From positions 1 to 53,691 of the IMG/VR virus record IMGVR_UViG_3300030430_003901: a DNA stretch of 53,691 nucleotides. The stretch is one strand, 5' to 3'. Made by a program: the position numbers and the translations under genes. The notes below the pieces were generated by a model that saw nothing but the letters and a program-made list of their open reading frames with translations, was not told the DNA's origin and did not search any database. Shown piece after piece: positions 51,636 through 53,691 of this stretch (positions are counted from its first letter, which is position 1; every line of letters begins with the position of its first letter). The DNA comes from a virus (lineage: Duplodnaviria; Caudoviricetes).

Positions 51636-52660
51636 GAGCAGCCGGAATAGCGGCAATAGTAAGTGCAGGTATAGGTGCTACAGGAGCAGGTCTTTCTTTT
51701 GCTCAAGCAGGTAAAGCAAGACGAGCTGCAAGAGACGCTGAAAGTAAAGCAGCCGAAGCTATGCGTTTAGCAAGAAAAAGACTAGAGATTAATTATCTAG
51801 ATGAATTAGCAATACAAAAAGAGCCTTATGAATTAGCTCGTGAAGCAGCACTTCAACAAGGAGCAACAGCACTAGAAGCCGCAAGAGAAGGAGACCAAAG
51901 AGGTATCGCTGCTACTGCCGGAAGATTAGAGGTAGCTCAAGATGCTGCTCAAGGACAGATAAGAACTCAAATGGGTAAAGAGATGTCAAACCTAGATAGG
52001 TTGGTTGCCGAGGAAGATGCTAGGCTAAGAGACCTCAATGTCCAACTAGACTTGGGTGAGGTACAAGGATTTCAAGCTCAAGCTGCGAATCAAGAAGCTA
52101 TGGCAAATCAAGCAATGATGCAGGGATTTCAAGGAGCAGCCGATGCTTTAACATCAGCAGCTCAGGTAGTTCCTTTATATTCACAAAATATAGATGCTCA
52201 ACAACAAGCTATCGGAAGTCAATACCTTAGTGCAGACCAAACAAAAGCCTTAAAAGATAGTGGTAATGTTACCTTTACTGTAAGAGAGGGAAAGTTTTTG
52301 CCCGGTATATTTGGTAAAAAAATACAAAAGAATATTGACCCAACCAATCAAGATTTGATATCAACTTTAGACAATAGAGTATTTAGAAAATTTGATAAAA
52401 GCTTAAGTGATACTCAAAGAGCAAACTTGAAAGGTAGAAGTTTCTTAGAGATGTATAATCTACAACAAGGGTTAGGTGTGGCTGACCCAAAAAATCCGGC
52501 ACAAACGGAAAGACAATTGACAATAGAACAAGCTAAAAGGTCAGGAGAAAAGAGGTTTATGAAACAAGTTGAAATTCTAGATGATGACGGCAAAGGAACA
52601 GGAGAGTTCAAAGAAGTTATGATGACCAACGCAGAAATAGCTAAAATATTAGGCATATAA
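51623..52660 (+). CDS. Internal virion / DNA ejection protein
   Basis: Gly/Ala-rich hydrophobic N-terminus followed by an Ala/Gln helical body. Confidence 0.65.
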   Translation: MSGLGAAGIAAIVSAGIGATGAGLSFAQAGKARRAARDAESKAAEAMRLARKRLEINYLDELAIQKEPYELAREAALQQGATALEAAREGDQRGIAATAGRLEVAQDAAQGQIRTQMGKEMSNLDRLVAEEDARLRDLNVQLDLGEVQGFQAQAANQEAMANQAMMQGFQGAADALTSAAQVVPLYSQNIDAQQQAIGSQYLSADQTKALKDSGNVTFTVREGKFLPGIFGKKIQKNIDPTNQDLISTLDNRVFRKFDKSLSDTQRANLKGRSFLEMYNLQQGLGVADPKNPAQTERQLTIEQAKRSGEKRFMKQVEILDDDGKGTGEFKEVMMTNAEIAKILGI

Positions 52661-52661
52661 C

Positions 52662-53691
52662 ATGAGCACAGGTTACGGATATGTGGATAGACAAGTCGAC
52701 AGTCAAATTGATTGGTCAGCAGTCGCATCAGTCTTTACAGATACTCTACAAGCAGAAATTGCAGGAAGACAAGCAAAAAAAGACGAGCTTGATAAAGCAG
52801 CTCGTGAAATGCAAGAACGACTTGCTAATGCTCCTTCAGGTACTTATACTGAAGCAAATGAGTTTGCTGCTCAATTTGCTGCTGATGGTGCAGCTACTAT
52901 GTTAGCAGCTAATCGTGCATTAAAAGCAGGTTTACTACAACCCCGTCAATACTCTTTAATAGCAGCCAACCTTAATAGTTCAACCGACAAGATTTATGGT
53001 ATGGCTAAAAAATACGAAGAAGTATACAAGCTCAAAATGGAAAGGCAAAAAAATGGTTTATCTCAAGCATATGAAGGTTGGGAGATGGACCAAATAGGAG
53101 GTCTTTATAATATCCAAAACACAAAAGCATTGATTAATCAAAACAATGGTATGGTTTCTATTGGTCATTGGGAGGATGGAAAAATGGATGGAGACCCAAA
53201 TCAATTTATGACTGTCAACCAAATGACTGCCGCACTAAATTCTCAATATGATAATTTTGATTTACAAAAAGCCATCAAAGATGACAAGTCAAGACTTGGT
53301 ATAATTGATTCACTAAAAATGCAGTATGGTGATGAGGGAGATTTAGAATACTTAATAAAGACTAGGTCCCAAGGTGGCATGTATGGTGATGATGAAGAAA
53401 TTAAATTATATCAAGAATGGAGAGATGAAACCACAGCAAGATTTATGGTGAATGAATGGGATGTTGTATCTATTTTAACTGACGAGGGCTTGACGGCTCC
53501 CAACGGTAAACCATATACTTTTAGTAAAGACCCTGCCGACAAGGGTAAAGAAGGTATAATATTTATTGATACATCAAAATCCGCTAGAGGCGTACCTGAT
53601 TTGACTGAAAAACAAAGGAAGGCAGCAGAAGAACATATCAAAGGGCAAATAGATGCTTCAATAGATAAAGAAATAACTACTCAAACAAGTA
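52662..53691 (+). CDS. Second internal virion protein, 3'-truncated (MSTGYGYVDRQVDSQIDWSAVAS...), not in ORF track
   Basis: ATG 1 nt after the previous stop; frame open to the window end. Confidence 0.75.
   Translation, partial: MSTGYGYVDRQVDSQIDWSAVASVFTDTLQAEIAGRQAKKDELDKAAREMQERLANAPSGTYTEANEFAAQFAADGAATMLAANRALKAGLLQPRQYSLIAANLNSSTDKIYGMAKKYEEVYKLKMERQKNGLSQAYEGWEMDQIGGLYNIQNTKALINQNNGMVSIGHWEDGKMDGDPNQFMTVNQMTAALNSQYDNFDLQKAIKDDKSRLGIIDSLKMQYGDEGDLEYLIKTRSQGGMYGDDEEIKLYQEWRDETTARFMVNEWDVVSILTDEGLTAPNGKPYTFSKDPADKGKEGIIFIDTSKSARGVPDLTEKQRKAAEEHIKGQIDASIDKEITTQTS

Noticed and set aside
52681-52905. 74-aa plus-strand ORF
   Set aside because: Out-of-frame shadow of the long ORF starting at 52662.
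996-53641. Numerous 60-140 aa antisense ORFs in the track
   Set aside because: Nested opposite well-supported genes; typical shadow ORFs.
1-53691. Stop-codon reassignment, integrase/lysogeny module, DGR or retron RT, introns/inteins, phage DNA or RNA polymerase
   Set aside because: Genes are full length in the standard code with TAG and TGA used as coupled stops, and no matching motifs were recognised. The part of the genome outside the window cannot be assessed.

Overview
AT-rich, nearly complete genome of a lytic-looking tailed dsDNA phage, probably short-tailed, infecting a Bacteroidetes (likely marine Flavobacteriia) host. The host call rests on Bacteroidetes-type TAnnTTTG promoters in front of most gene blocks. 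Two arms diverge from a non-coding hub at about 21480-22490. The minus arm (about 4200-21430) has an early region of small ORFs, ArdC and a stand-alone PseT-type HAD phosphatase, then a recombination/replication block (SSAP, RecE-like exonuclease, SSB, primase-helicase, SNF2 helicase, nucleases, two DnaA domain IV-like proteins). No DNA polymerase, integrase or canonical tRNA was recognised. The plus arm has GroEL/GroES, a run of tiny Lys-rich proteins, a lysis block containing a SET-domain gene, tail fibre, terminase, portal, scaffold, capsid, tail and ejection-type proteins. These continue off the right edge and probably resume in the large ORF at the left edge. The main discovery is non-coding. 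The early-region intergenic spaces hold three canonical hammerhead ribozymes and four anticodon-less tRNA-like elements (acceptor stem + T-arm). Both occupy equivalent slots, often stop codon - stabilising hairpin - element - AU-rich leader - ATG. This suggests a mixed ribozyme / RNase P-Z system that cuts the early transcript into separate mRNAs. All calls come from reading the sequence by eye; no searches were run.
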